Assembly: GCA_024346625.1 (NCBI GenBank)
Contig: AP024665.1
Span: 434,001-498,000, forward strand
Length of the DNA stretch: 64,000 nucleotides
Source of the DNA: Williopsis jadinii
Taxonomy: Eukaryota
Reading direction: 5' to 3'
The number at the start of each line of letters is the position of its first letter. Positions within the stretch are counted from its first letter, which is position 1. Below the pieces are notes generated by a model. The model searched no databases. It was not told the origin of the DNA and worked only from the letters and a program-made list of their open reading frames with translations. A program made the position numbers and the translations under genes. Shown here piece by piece: positions 21,219 through 32,513 of the stretch.

Positions 21219-22073
21219 TCATTGGAAAGACTCATCTTCAACTTCCTCAAGTGAAACTTTTCTCTTGAGTTTTGGAAGCTGTTTGAGGACTGGCTCTGAC
21301 TTTGTAACTTCTGATTCAGTGTCGGAGACAGTTGATTCTGTCTCAGATGCAGACTCTGCTTCGGAAGTAACAGGCTCTTCATCTTCCAAGTCTGTTTGAG
21401 AAACAGTTTTGGATGGCGCAGCTTGTGTTCTCTCAGGAACTGGCTCATCCTGCAAAACTGATTTGGCACGTTCGAAAACATCAGAAGTTTCAGTTGTGTA
21501 TAATCCACGAGTGATTGGCACAGATATAACCTTTTTCTTGTGATGTTCAGATCTCTTCTTGTTCTGAGTCTTGGAAACATTACAATTCTTTGGACTTATA
21601 GTTCTGACCTGCACAACTGTTTGGAGCTTCTTCTTTGGAATGTTCACAAGTAAAACGTTATCGATGATTCTCCATTCTGCATCATCCAAATCAATGGTAG
21701 CAGTCTTGAAGGAGAAAGTCTTGTCAAATGAGTCACTTCTAGATCCAATACTTATCAAGGTATTACCTGCATTGGTGAATCTATATTGGATCTGATAATC
21801 GTCAAACGAGTTTGAAGGGTCATTCTTCTTCATCACTTGGATTTGATAAGAATTACCAGTCTGCAATGCACGACTGAAGACCTCAACTCTTGGTGGGGCA
21901 ACGTAGGCATCCCGCATTCGGAAAACACAGTCAAATGGATCAGCGGAGTGAGAACATGGATGAGAGCAGTAGATATTGTTACGTCTCGATGGTGTTGCAA
22001 CTCTTCTTGTTCTCTGTGGGGTAAGCAAGTTGTCTTCAAAGAAGAAACTTGGTGCAGCGGCAAATGAAAGCAT
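21219..22073 (-). CDS. BTN2: Btn2/Cur1-like sHSP-related sequestrase
   Basis: FDDYQIQY...LISIGSRSDSFDKTFSF resembles Btn2 FQDYEIEL...LSILSKKDKIFKEFSL; alpha-crystallin-like NVLLVNIPK; C-terminal LKRKVSLEEVEDE resembles LKKHASPLLEDVEDE; HSEs upstream. Confidence 0.7.
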   Translation of the reverse strand: MLSFAAAPSFFFEDNLLTPQRTRRVATPSRRNNIYCSHPCSHSADPFDCVFRMRDAYVAPPRVEVFSRALQTGNSYQIQVMKKNDPSNSFDDYQIQYRFTNAGNTLISIGSRSDSFDKTFSFKTATIDLDDAEWRIIDNVLLVNIPKKKLQTVVQVRTISPKNCNVSKTQNKKRSEHHKKKVISVPITRGLYTTETSDVFERAKSVLQDEPVPERTQAAPSKTVSQTDLEDEEPVTSEAESASETESTVSDTESEVTKSEPVLKQLPKLKRKVSLEEVEDESFQ

Positions 22074-22206
22074 TGTTATTGTGTTTGTAATACTGATTGA
22101 CAGTTGGTAGCGAATAGTGATGATCTCAACAAAGAGACATTTCAAGCTTCTCCGTGATCATCACTGCGTTTTATAGTTGTATTTGCCATTTGTCATCGGT
22201 TTCATA

Positions 22207-22285
22207 GAATTTGCTAGAAAGGTTGGCGCAGAGTTGATGGAATTTTCCAGAACTTTAACTCCGCCCGCAGCGGAATGTTCCAGAA
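22207..22285. promoter_or_regulatory. Heat-shock elements (Hsf1)
   Basis: Two perfect GAAnnTTCnnGAA arrays (22240-22252 and 22273-22285) plus a gapped array at 22207-22219. Confidence 0.85.
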
Positions 22286-23764
22286 ATTTTTCCGGGGTTA
22301 AGTCCGATCGGAAAATTGTATGGCACATTCCACTTAGCATATCAACGAGGATGATGACTATCGATAAACGCTCTTTATAGCTGAATGACTGTATTCATAA
22401 CGTGTACTCGTATGTAATTAGTTTTGAGGTGTAATTGCTCCTTTGTGACTTGTTATTAAAACCATAGAACTCAGGTATCATGTTTCCCATTAGAATGATA
22501 CTAATAAAAATAGCAAACTGGCCTTCAAATTTCTCCAAGGTGTACCAGACTGTGGCAAATACTTTAACTAAGAGATCTACAAATCATGAGCAAGCAAACA
22601 TCAACAATTCCTGAGATCTAATAAACCATAGATTTGTAAGGTATGATCAAAAAAACGCATAAATTCGGTTATATCTCAACGACGAAATAATAATAGAACA
22701 TATTACAAAGTCCTGTGTCAATTAGCTACTGTTATCAAAGATAAGTTGGAGAGTTAACCAGTGAGTAGTCGATCTTAAATGAATGGGCGTTCTGTTGTAA
22801 TCGTACGCCATGTTACTGAGCTCTTAAACGTCTGGTGGGAGAACCCGGATCAATATGAGATTCTGAAAACAATTTTAGCCAATCTAGTAGGAATTTTCCA
22901 TTAGAATAGAACGTTGTCATTTTGGTTTCTTCAAGAGCGAACAGATCTAAACATTGGTTTTGAGTGGTGGTACGGACAAGCGCAGCAATAGTATCAGTAA
23001 AAGTTTACAAATCAACTTAAAAGCCAGATGAGATCATTAAAGGACAGAAGTCTGTCCTCTCTCTCTCGCCCATCACAAACTATCTCCCTGGTATGAGAAA
23101 CAGGACAGAGCTCTAATGTGCCTACTCAATTGAATCCTGTGAGGACTTCCCATAACCTTGAGAGTCACTGATGGATTCTAAGTGACTCGTGTTTAGACCA
23201 ATATCTCAGCCACATGTGGTGAAGGCATCATTATTTGAAGATTTTTTATAATGAAAGGCAATTGCGTGAATAACCTCTAGCCTTCTTGTGTCTTTAAAGG
23301 CTCACATGAGGAAATAGTGTTGCCATGTTGAACCCACGTACAGACTCTTTCCATAAATCTTCGCCTTCAGTGTTCAAGAGTGCCTCCGCTAAAGCAAATC
23401 TCTCACTACAGTGCTTCAGTATTGAAATCAGTGGCAACATAATAAACAGATAAGCTGCGATAATAAACCACATCTACACGTCCAATTGTATGGATTCGAA
23501 GACGGTGTTAATGAAACTCCTACAGTGTCGTATGAAATGACTATAAAGGATGCTGATTTGCGAAAACAAGTCTGCAATAGGAATCTGCAACGAAACTTCA
23601 CGACACAAAATTTCGTTGCTTCTATTCTTTCCTAATATGGATATTTTCGCTGCCAAAAAAAAATTTCTACAGAGGGCATCGCATTCAAAACTTTTCGTTC
23701 TCTCTTAAAGAGACTTTCAAACGAATACTATATCTCTGTTATCGGTCTTCCACTATTAGGACAA

Positions 23765-25492
23765 ATGGCAAAGACTTTACACAAGAAAGGATCCAAGCCT
23801 AAGGGCTCACACAAGTCCTCCCATTCTGAGTTGAAGAAGGGCAAGAAGAGAGTCCATGAGGAATCTGAGCAAGAAGAGGATGATACTGACAAACTTGTTG
23901 ATGAGTTAGATGAACAGTTTGACGATATTGCTGACTTGTTAGATGTGAATGACAAGGGTAAGAAAGCTCTCAAGCGTGAAAAGCAACAAGAAGAGGAAGA
24001 TGACGAAGCAGATGATGGAGAAGAAGAGGAAGAAGACGAAGACGAAGAGCCATCTCAGCCAAATTCGTACAACGAGTCTGACCCCGTTAGTGATAACTTT
24101 GTTGACCATAACCTCTCTGAACGTACAATGAAGGCGATCAGTGATATGGGATTCACAAAAATGACCCCAGTTCAGGCAAGAACCATCCCTCCGTTGCTTG
24201 CTGGTCGTGATGTCTTGGGTGCTGCAAAGACAGGCTCTGGTAAGACTTTGGCCTTCTTGATTCCTGCTATTGAATTATTGCATTCTTTGAAATTCAAACC
24301 AAGAAATGGTACTGGTGTCATTGTGGTGTCTCCAACAAGAGAATTGGCACTCCAAATCTTCCAAGTTGCGAGGGAGTTGATGGCTCATCATACTCAAACT
24401 GTGGGTATTGTTATTGGTGGTGCTAATAGACGTGCTGAGGCTGAGAAGTTGGTTAAGGGTGTTAACTTGTTGATTGCTACCCCAGGTAGATTGTTGGATC
24501 ACTTGCAGAATACCCAAGGTTTTGTCTTTAACAGATTGAAAGCCCTGGTGATCGATGAAGCTGATAGAATCTTGGAAATCGGTTTCGAAGAGGAAATGAG
24601 ACAGATCATCAAAATCCTTCCAAGTGAAAACAGACAAAGTATGTTGTTCTCTGCCACTCAGACCACCAAGGTTGAAGATCTCGCTAGAATCTCCCTCAGA
24701 CCAGGTCCACTCTTTATCAATGTTGTGAACAAAGATGAGGCTTCCACAGCTGATAGATTGGAGCAAGGTTACGTTGTATGTGACTCTGATAAGCGTTTCC
24801 TTCTCTTGTTCTCCTTCTTGAAGCGTAACGCTAAGAAGAAAATCATTGTTTTCTTATCATCATGTAACTCTGTCAAGTACTACGCTGAGCTTCTAAACTA
24901 CATCGACCTACCAGTGCTTGATCTTCACGGTAAACAAAAACAGCAGAAACGTACCAACACTTTCTTCGAGTTCTGTAATGCCAAACAGGGTATCTTGATC
25001 TGTACAGATGTTGCTGCCCGTGGATTGGATATTCCATCTGTTGATTGGATTATTCAATTCGATCCACCTGATGACCCAAGAGACTATATTCATCGTGTCG
25101 GTCGTACCGCAAGAGGTACAAAGGCACAAGGTAAGTCGCTGATGTTTTTGACACCAAATGAGCTAGGGTTCTTGAGATACTTGAAGGCTGCCAAGGTTCC
25201 ATTGAACGAGTACGAATTCCCAACGAATAAGATCGCCAATGTCCAATCCCAATTGGAGAAGTTGATTTCATCCAACTACTGGCTACACCAAAGTGCCAAA
25301 GATGGTTATAGATCTTATCTTCAGGCTTATGCCTCCCATCATCTGAAGACAGTTTACCAAATTGACAAGTTAGATCTTGTCAAAGTTGCTAAAGGTTTCG
25401 GATTCACAACACCACCAAAGGTCAACATCACCATTGGTGCTAGTGGGAAAACACCAAAGACGCAGAACAAGCACAAGAAGATCAAGGCCTGA
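23765..25492 (+). CDS. HAS1: DEAD-box rRNA helicase
   Basis: [31 protein letters not shown], and the Has1 C-terminal [11 protein letters not shown]. Confidence 0.97.
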   Translation: MAKTLHKKGSKPKGSHKSSHSELKKGKKRVHEESEQEEDDTDKLVDELDEQFDDIADLLDVNDKGKKALKREKQQEEEDDEADDGEEEEEDEDEEPSQPNSYNESDPVSDNFVDHNLSERTMKAISDMGFTKMTPVQARTIPPLLAGRDVLGAAKTGSGKTLAFLIPAIELLHSLKFKPRNGTGVIVVSPTRELALQIFQVARELMAHHTQTVGIVIGGANRRAEAEKLVKGVNLLIATPGRLLDHLQNTQGFVFNRLKALVIDEADRILEIGFEEEMRQIIKILPSENRQSMLFSATQTTKVEDLARISLRPGPLFINVVNKDEASTADRLEQGYVVCDSDKRFLLLFSFLKRNAKKKIIVFLSSCNSVKYYAELLNYIDLPVLDLHGKQKQQKRTNTFFEFCNAKQGILICTDVAARGLDIPSVDWIIQFDPPDDPRDYIHRVGRTARGTKAQGKSLMFLTPNELGFLRYLKAAKVPLNEYEFPTNKIANVQSQLEKLISSNYWLHQSAKDGYRSYLQAYASHHLKTVYQIDKLDLVKVAKGFGFTTPPKVNITIGASGKTPKTQNKHKKIKA

Positions 25493-25925
25493 GTGGTATC
25501 AACCCGAGCATGAAGAACAGAAATAAAAGTGTACATTAACTATCACATCCATGAAATTGGTCTAATATACAATGTTTAAGTAAGATTAGTTCTTGATTAA
25601 TATACATAGATGTTGAAATCCTCTTCACGCATTTGAGTAAGTCGTAAGTGATATATAAGAAAAGGGCAATAGGTGCCCCCATAGGCTTCAGCCAAACCAG
25701 TTGAAGTCGTAACTTAGATGCAAAACAAAAGTGACAAATGTAATAGACAAAGATAAAGGGAGTAAAGATGTTGAACAGTTTATAGAAGAGTTGTCGTTGT
25801 TGAAGTATCATTGAGAGGTTGGTTTATAGTGGTTTCGTTTCAGTTCGTTTCAATGGTAAAGGGAGAGACATCAGGAGTGGGTTGAATCGTTTCCTTCGTT
25901 ATCTTATGCGAGTTCGCTCGGTCTT

Positions 25926-26798
25926 TCATCTTTTACCCAAGAGACCCAAGAACTCCTCCCTAGTCTTCTGGGCTTCACGGAAACATCCAAGCATACAGCT
26001 CGTCACCGTTGATGACCCCGATTTCTGAACACCACGAGAAACCATACACATGTGAGTTGCCTCTATGACAACCGCAACACCTTGTGGTTTCAGGATCTCT
26101 TTCAGGGCCATTGCGATCTGCTTCGTCAATCTTTCCTGCACTTGGAATCTTCTAGCGTACATCTCAGCCAATCTGGCCAGCTTGGATAATCCCAACACTT
26201 TCTTATTTGGGATGTAGCCTATGTGAACCTTACCGAAGAAGGGCACCAGATGGTGCTCACACAGGGAGAAGATCTCAATATCACGAACAATCACCATCTC
26301 ATCGTGGTCTTCCTCGAACACTGCTCTCTTGATGACATCGCGGATGTTATCCTCGTAACCCTTGGTGAAGAACAGCATTGCACGGGCATATCTCTCAGGC
26401 GTCTCCAGCAGGCCCTCTCTTGTCACATCTTCTCCTAGCTCTGTGAGAATGACCTTGACGGCATCGCTGATTCTCTGCTCACGTGCAGCCAGCTGGGTCT
26501 CATCCTCCTCGATACGGGAGCGAGCTCCAAGACTAGGCCATGATAACCCGTCAGAGTCAATTGGAGGGTTTAGCGTGTACGGAGATGCAGGTCTCGTCTG
26601 TAGTGGAGAGTCCGTGACTCTCTTTGGACGCTGCGCTGACGGATGGTGGTGATGCCCATGAGAGTGCGTAATCGATGACTGCGCAGTGGCTGAGTAGCCG
26701 GCACCGTTAACATAGTTCTGTGGAGATGACATGTTCGCTGTCCCTGATATATCCAAATCAGACACGTCTGCAAGAGATGACGATAATTTATCAGACAT
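25926..26798 (-). CDS. FOL2: GTP cyclohydrolase I
   Basis: [53 protein letters not shown]. Confidence 0.97.
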   Translation of the reverse strand: MSDKLSSSLADVSDLDISGTANMSSPQNYVNGAGYSATAQSSITHSHGHHHHPSAQRPKRVTDSPLQTRPASPYTLNPPIDSDGLSWPSLGARSRIEEDETQLAAREQRISDAVKVILTELGEDVTREGLLETPERYARAMLFFTKGYEDNIRDVIKRAVFEEDHDEMVIVRDIEIFSLCEHHLVPFFGKVHIGYIPNKKVLGLSKLARLAEMYARRFQVQERLTKQIAMALKEILKPQGVAVVIEATHMCMVSRGVQKSGSSTVTSCMLGCFREAQKTREEFLGLLGKR

Positions 26799-27604
26799 TT
26801 CCTATCCTTCACAGGTGAGTTGTAACCTCAATTATGGCCTCTTCGCCCTAGGAGGGGGAGTAATTGTTCCTGTCTGGCTTGGTAAATTTTTCGCATCGGC
26901 CTCTCGCTACGAAAATTTTCCTTTCTCTGTGGGCTGCCCACCACTTGCGTAAATTTTACCACCAAAGCTACCAATCACATGTGTCATTTTCAGTGTATTT
27001 CGTCTATATTTCAGTCCAATCTAATGTTTCTTTGTCATTTGATGCCAAACAATGAACAGAGGTTCCTGTCTTATGCTATCAAAGGCTCTTTGGACTAAGA
27101 ACTGGTGAGGCAGGGTCGAGCACCGCGTCGCAGTGGGTCCCATTGTAAACGGGTCTCTGACTCTGGACCCTCTCTCTGTTTGTCGCTCTCTCTGGCGTAA
27201 TCATCGACGCTTCCCTGCTCCACCAGGGCTACGTTGCGCTGGAGGCTCCTTTACATCCAATTGAGTGTTCTGGGATGCACACGGCTATAAGGAGGGCATC
27301 ACAGCAGCGTGTGCGAGACTGGAAACACACTGTGTATGGGGTTTCTCATCTCCACCTGGTGCTCGCTCTGTATGTGTGGGCCGTTGCCGCATAGGTCGAA
27401 GGCTCTTTCCACACCCGGACACCACTTACACCTGGACACCGCGAACATCCGAACATTCGACGCGATGGTCTTTCGACCCAAACGGGGAATCGCTCGCTAA
27501 TTAATCCTTCAGGCCCATTGCTTCCTCTCTTTTCCCAGATCAAAACAACCAGTACCTAATAAGGAATCACGCCGAGACCGCCCACAGGATTGTAGCAGAA
27601 AACA

Positions 27605-28174
27605 ATGGTTTGGTTGTCTGAAGTGCAAAAATATGGTGTTGGGTTCACAGCAGGGGGTGTTTTCTTTTTCCTCTTGGGAATCTTAACCTTCTTTGACTCT
27701 GCTCTTCTTGCCTTGGGCAATGTACGTGATTATAGCCAACCCTCATCGCCCAATTGAAGCTTTATGTGTGTACTAACGTCTGCCCTCCGCTCACCAGTTG
27801 TTATTCGTCATCGGTGTTGTACTGATCATTGGTCCGCAAAAGACCGTTGTGTTCTTTACACGATCAACAAAGATTCGGGGAACAATCTTCTTTGTACTGG
27901 GGATTGTCCTCATTTTGATGAAATGGTCGTTTGTGGGATTCATCGTTGAAGCCATCGGAATACTGCAACTCTTTGGAGACTTCTTCGCAGTTATTATCAC
28001 GTTCCTCAGAAGTATGCCAATCATCGGACCGATACTATCAAACCCATACATCGCACCAGTAAGTTTTGTCATTTGGTTTTACAATTTTGATTTATTGACG
28101 TGTACTAACGAAACCCTTCTCACGCACAATAGACGATCGATAGACTCTCTGGAGCAAGAGTGCTTCCAGTTTAA
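27605..28174 (+). CDS. GOT1: Golgi transport protein Got1; exons 27605-27721, 27798-28058, 28133-28174
   Basis: [18 protein letters not shown]...LALGN | LLFVIG...PYIAP | [13 protein letters not shown]. Intron 1 GTACGT/TACTAAC/CAG; intron 2 GTAAGT/TACTAAC/TAG. Confidence 0.93.
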
Positions 28175-29214
28175 TTAACGTTTCATCAAATCTATATACC
28201 TATTCCTTCTCAAAGGATCAACATCGACTAACAACTTCAAGCACTGTGTAATCTCTTCACTCTTATCCTCGCCTGTTTGGCCTTGGATCAACTGATTTAT
28301 CGTAACTACAGTTTGTAGGCACCAACTGTTTTCCTTGCCGTCGTCCTTCTCCAACTGGTTCAACTCCTTGACCGTTTCCAACTCTTGCTGTAAGAATTCG
28401 ATGTACTGTTCCTCTGGAATGTTTTGTACAAATATATCAGATGTCAATAGCCAACGCAGATAGATGAACACACTTTGGTCATCGGGATCCGTATACATGG
28501 CGTTGTGCAGGTATTCCAACTCTTTGGTTAGGAACTGTGCGTGTGTCGTGTTGATCAGCAGCCCTCTCTCAAAGAGCTTTGGAATCAGCTTCGTTCTATT
28601 GTGCAAGGCAGAGAAGTTGGAGAAATTCGCATTGATCATCTTTGTAGTGTACTCAAACTCTTGTAATGTCAGGTCCTTATCCTTTTCCATGTGGCTTATG
28701 ATGTATCGTCTATACGTCCATCCGTGGAAGTTTCGAGGATCCAGCTTATGGATCTTCTCAACAAGCAACAACTCATTTTCCCAGTTTACCCTCGGATGGT
28801 TCTCCAGCAGCCACGTTCGATGGTTCCATATCCAATACACTTTGGGAAACTCACGGAACTTTGCCATGTTATACAGCAGCTCCTTATCAAACAAATCAAC
28901 AAGACCCTCCTCGCCCAAGGATTGCATATAATGATTCACAATGATATCACGTCTATAGTTCCAAACCGTGTAGAACTCAGGATTCACATCCAAGATGTCG
29001 GTGGTCTTCTTAAAGGCACTATCGTTGAACACGCCCTGGGCTTTGAGCGTCAACACATTCTCTGTCAGTGCTCTGTAGTTCTTAATGGTATGCTCCTCTT
29101 TGGCCAGCTTTTGCCGTCTCGCCTCCTCTGAAAGGTGGAACCTCTTTATGCCGTGCTGTCTGTGGTGTTAGTCTGGTCCATTGTTGATAGGAATTGTGAC
29201 ATGGAACTAACCAT
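28175..29214 (-). CDS. BET4: Rab geranylgeranyltransferase alpha subunit; ATG-only exon 29214-29212, intron 29211-29156, exon 29155-28175
   Basis: Splicing gives the conserved MHGIKR start; PFTA repeats ([22 protein letters not shown]). Intron GTTAGT/GACTAAC/CAG. Divergent from MAD2 as in S. cerevisiae. Confidence 0.92.
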
Positions 29215-29383
29215 TGCGAGGGTTTGTCGATTTGTGTGTCGTTGTTCAGTCTCGTTGTTGATGGCGGAGTGGTTTGTTGATGTTTTGGGAAAGGTCCACG
29301 GTGAAAATTAGTTTTGAGAAAGGTAAACAAAGACAAACAACACAACGAATATTGGGCCCTTACAAGCAATTCACCACGCTTCG

Positions 29384-30001
29384 ATGCCTCCAACACGCTC
29401 TCAGCTATCACTACGTGGATCTGCACAGCTCATCGCGGAGTTCTTCGAGTACTCGATCCATTCAATTCTCTACCAAAGAGGAATATACCCTGTTGAAGAT
29501 TTCCAGACTGTTCGAAAGTATGGCCTGAACCTTCTGGTGAACGTTGACGACGACGTTAAACAGTACATCAAGAACATCATCAAACAAATCTACCGCTGGA
29601 TCTCGCACGACAAGATCACGAAGCTGGTGCTGGTCATTATAAACAAGGACGATGGAGAGACCGTTGAGAGGTGGCAATTCAACATCAACATCGAGGACAG
29701 TGCGGAGACCACGAGCGGTGGCGACACTCAAACTGAAACAGACACCGCCGCTGTCCAGAAGGATATCCAGGCGATTATAAGGCAAATCACAGCGTCCGTG
29801 ACTTTCCTACCCTGCTTGAACTCCAGTGATTACACGTTTAACGTCCTGGTCTACACCGACTCAGACGCACCTGTGTCGAAAGACTGGGTAGACTCGGATG
29901 CAAGGGAGATTGAAAACGGAGAATCAGTGAGATTCAAGAGCTTTAATACAAACTGTCACAAGGTTGACACCTTGGTGAGCTACAAGTTGGACCAGAACTG
30001 A
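29384..30001 (+). CDS. MAD2: Spindle checkpoint HORMA protein
   Basis: LSLRGSAQLIAEFFEYSIHSILYQRGIYP, ERWQF, IIRQITASVTFLP. Confidence 0.97.
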   Translation: MPPTRSQLSLRGSAQLIAEFFEYSIHSILYQRGIYPVEDFQTVRKYGLNLLVNVDDDVKQYIKNIIKQIYRWISHDKITKLVLVIINKDDGETVERWQFNINIEDSAETTSGGDTQTETDTAAVQKDIQAIIRQITASVTFLPCLNSSDYTFNVLVYTDSDAPVSKDWVDSDAREIENGESVRFKSFNTNCHKVDTLVSYKLDQN

Positions 30002-30335
30002 CACTTGGCTGTTCAATCTCATCAGCATTCGATACAAACATGGGAAGCAACGGCCTCGGGGAAACGATCCCGTATAGTTTCCGGTATTTAGTGCATACAC
30101 CAGCCTGCGAAAGAGAGCAGTGTGCAGCAGGTGAACGGGTTTCGCTTGATGAGAACCCCGTATATATACAGTTTGTTCAAATAATTTATCCGCAAGCTTT
30201 GCATATGTAAAGGAGGGAAACAGGGGAAACAACGTGCATCGTCTTTGGAGCTATATAACGGTTGGCTTCCCCTTTCTCCTGGTTGTTTTCCATGGCCATA
30301 CCTTTTTCTCCACTAGAATGGTGAAATAACGGTGA

Positions 30336-31358
30336 ATGATGTTATTCCTTTACTTTGTACCACTAGTTCACGCGATAACCTTGCAATGCGAGCCTATTCG
30401 GGTAAACTCAACCCTTGCACACCTTGGAGGTGGTGATTTCATCGCTGCAAGGTTGATTGATCTGATTCACGGTAGCCTGGATATGGAACTGCAACTGTTG
30501 GATATATTCGACGAGGTTGGGTTCGAAAGAACGTTGGGGATTACAGAAGAGGACCTGGATGAGAAATGGTTACACCAGGCGCCGTATACCGTTGATTCCT
30601 CCTCTACGTGGTGCCACACCAAGGACGTTGAGATCCACGGCTCCTCGAAGAGATTAGGGCTAAATGAGTTCGAATGGAGTGTTCGCCAATTCCTCTCTTG
30701 GAACATTATAGTATCGTCTATCCTGAGTCTGCTATGTGCTCATCAGTGGAGGACCATGCGTGACTACAAGCTTTGGACATACCTAATGAGCTTCGCTCTA
30801 CTACAACCAGTTTCACAGGCGTTGAGATACTTCACCATTGGCTCCAAACTCTACACCTTTGCCGCATGGCTTGCCTCGTTGTCGTTCTACTTCCCGTGGT
30901 GGTTAGTGTACACGTATACCCGGAAGCCCATGAGACAGCCATTCATAGGGCTGACGTATCTCACTATCGCCACAATGAACGGGATCATGTTCTCACACTC
31001 AACACTATTATTCCAGTGGATACTATGGGTTCTCTTGGAGAAACTGGAGGTGCTACAGCCGCCATCGTTGAAAGTGGTAAACCACAGCATGTGGTATGAA
31101 GTGTTGCCGAAGTTTACTCGCAATTCTGTTAAATGGCTTGTCTTTATAACAATAATATTTGACATTTCATCTGTCCTGACGAGTGTCGCAGAGGACAAGG
31201 TCATACTCGGCTTGCCATCCGAGCAGCTCGTCATTTCTCATTGGTTGGACGTTCGACTCACATTTTTGGAAACTGGGATGGGTATAACCCATGTTTTCTT
31301 GGGCGAACTCATACCAAACATGGTCACGCTCATCACTGCAATCATCGTGCTACCATAA
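30336..31358 (+). CDS. Uncharacterised signal-peptide, multi-pass membrane protein
   Basis: 340-codon ORF; hydrophobic N-terminus, ~100 aa hydrophilic domain with two Cys, then several hydrophobic segments; TATA-like element upstream. Family not recognised with confidence. Confidence 0.6.
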   Translation: MMLFLYFVPLVHAITLQCEPIRVNSTLAHLGGGDFIAARLIDLIHGSLDMELQLLDIFDEVGFERTLGITEEDLDEKWLHQAPYTVDSSSTWCHTKDVEIHGSSKRLGLNEFEWSVRQFLSWNIIVSSILSLLCAHQWRTMRDYKLWTYLMSFALLQPVSQALRYFTIGSKLYTFAAWLASLSFYFPWWLVYTYTRKPMRQPFIGLTYLTIATMNGIMFSHSTLLFQWILWVLLEKLEVLQPPSLKVVNHSMWYEVLPKFTRNSVKWLVFITIIFDISSVLTSVAEDKVILGLPSEQLVISHWLDVRLTFLETGMGITHVFLGELIPNMVTLITAIIVLP

Positions 31359-32513
31359 CAATAGTAGTATTTATGCTACACGATATAGAGAAAATAGAAT
31401 AAGAGTGTACTGGTTGCAACGGGAAAGGCTTAACTCTGAGAAGTGCTAAACGTTGAAGTGCATTGTGCGCACAGCGTAGTAGCAGATACAGGGCAAATCA
31501 GCGTAGCCACACCTGTCTTTCAGCCTCGACGGAGGCCTCGTTTGCGCAAGCGAGGGAAGTGTCAATTGTTAGACGGGCTCGGACACAGTCTCCGTGCCAA
31601 AAGCTGAACTTGGGACGATCCATAGCATTATCACCAGAGAAGGCTGACTGAGTAGCCTTAGCACAGACGATCAATTCAGTGGTACGGCAACTTGGTATTC
31701 CCTCATAGGCAGGTTGTTTGTTCCAAGGCATCAATTCCCTCCCCGGTACCGGAGACGCAGATCTATCAGCAATGAACGGTGAATTCCATAATCTGGACAA
31801 TATGGTTGTTACGGGTTCTAGGAAAGGAGTCCTCACTGCAACGGTGAATAGTGAGGAATGGGCTTTATAAGGTCATTGAGTATATCTGAAGCACAAGACA
31901 GTACAGAAGGCATCCTCATCCTCTGTAGACTATATTATACATCCAGACACCTCAGGCAACTTGAGGCCCAAAGTCTATATGATGAGCAGTTCAAGAGAAG
32001 TGGTATTGGCATTTGAAATATTATATGATTGTCGTGGCTTGGGAGATAACTCTGATTGAAATTGTTCAAGTTCGACTGTGCTATGGAAATAGCAACGCCA
32101 GTATTTCGTCTTGGATTAGGAAGTTTCTACAATTTTAATAAAAGGGTTTTTAAAGGAAAATGAGGGATAAATAATTTATTTATAATATTTCACGAACTAA
32201 AACAAAAAAAGGGTAGTATTTATAAACACATTTTAAAACTGATAGCTCTATATTATTCATTTAGTATCCGTGAAGCAGTTTTGAAAGGTCCTTTGCGAAT
32301 TGTGTCTAGGGTAAAATCAATCTACCATCACCTCACTCTTATCATTGTATCCTTATGGCGCATGAAATAATGCACATTATATAATTATAATCCGAGCACC
32401 AGTGAGCTTTCGACCCAAACGAAACTTTTGTCGATAGTAGTAGTGTACATGAATGTACCAAATAGCCAAAGGCTCTTATCGAACTGGCGAATGAACTGGT
32501 CCCTGTGAGCATA

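Noticed and set aside
22400..23640. 1.2 kb spacer between BTN2 and HAS1 as a possible LTR
   Set aside because: No TG...CA termini with target-site duplication and no second copy in the window.
27424..27436. ACTTACACCTGG resembling the U1 snRNA 5' end
   Set aside because: Does not match ATACTTACCT, and no U1-70K loop or Sm site is visible.
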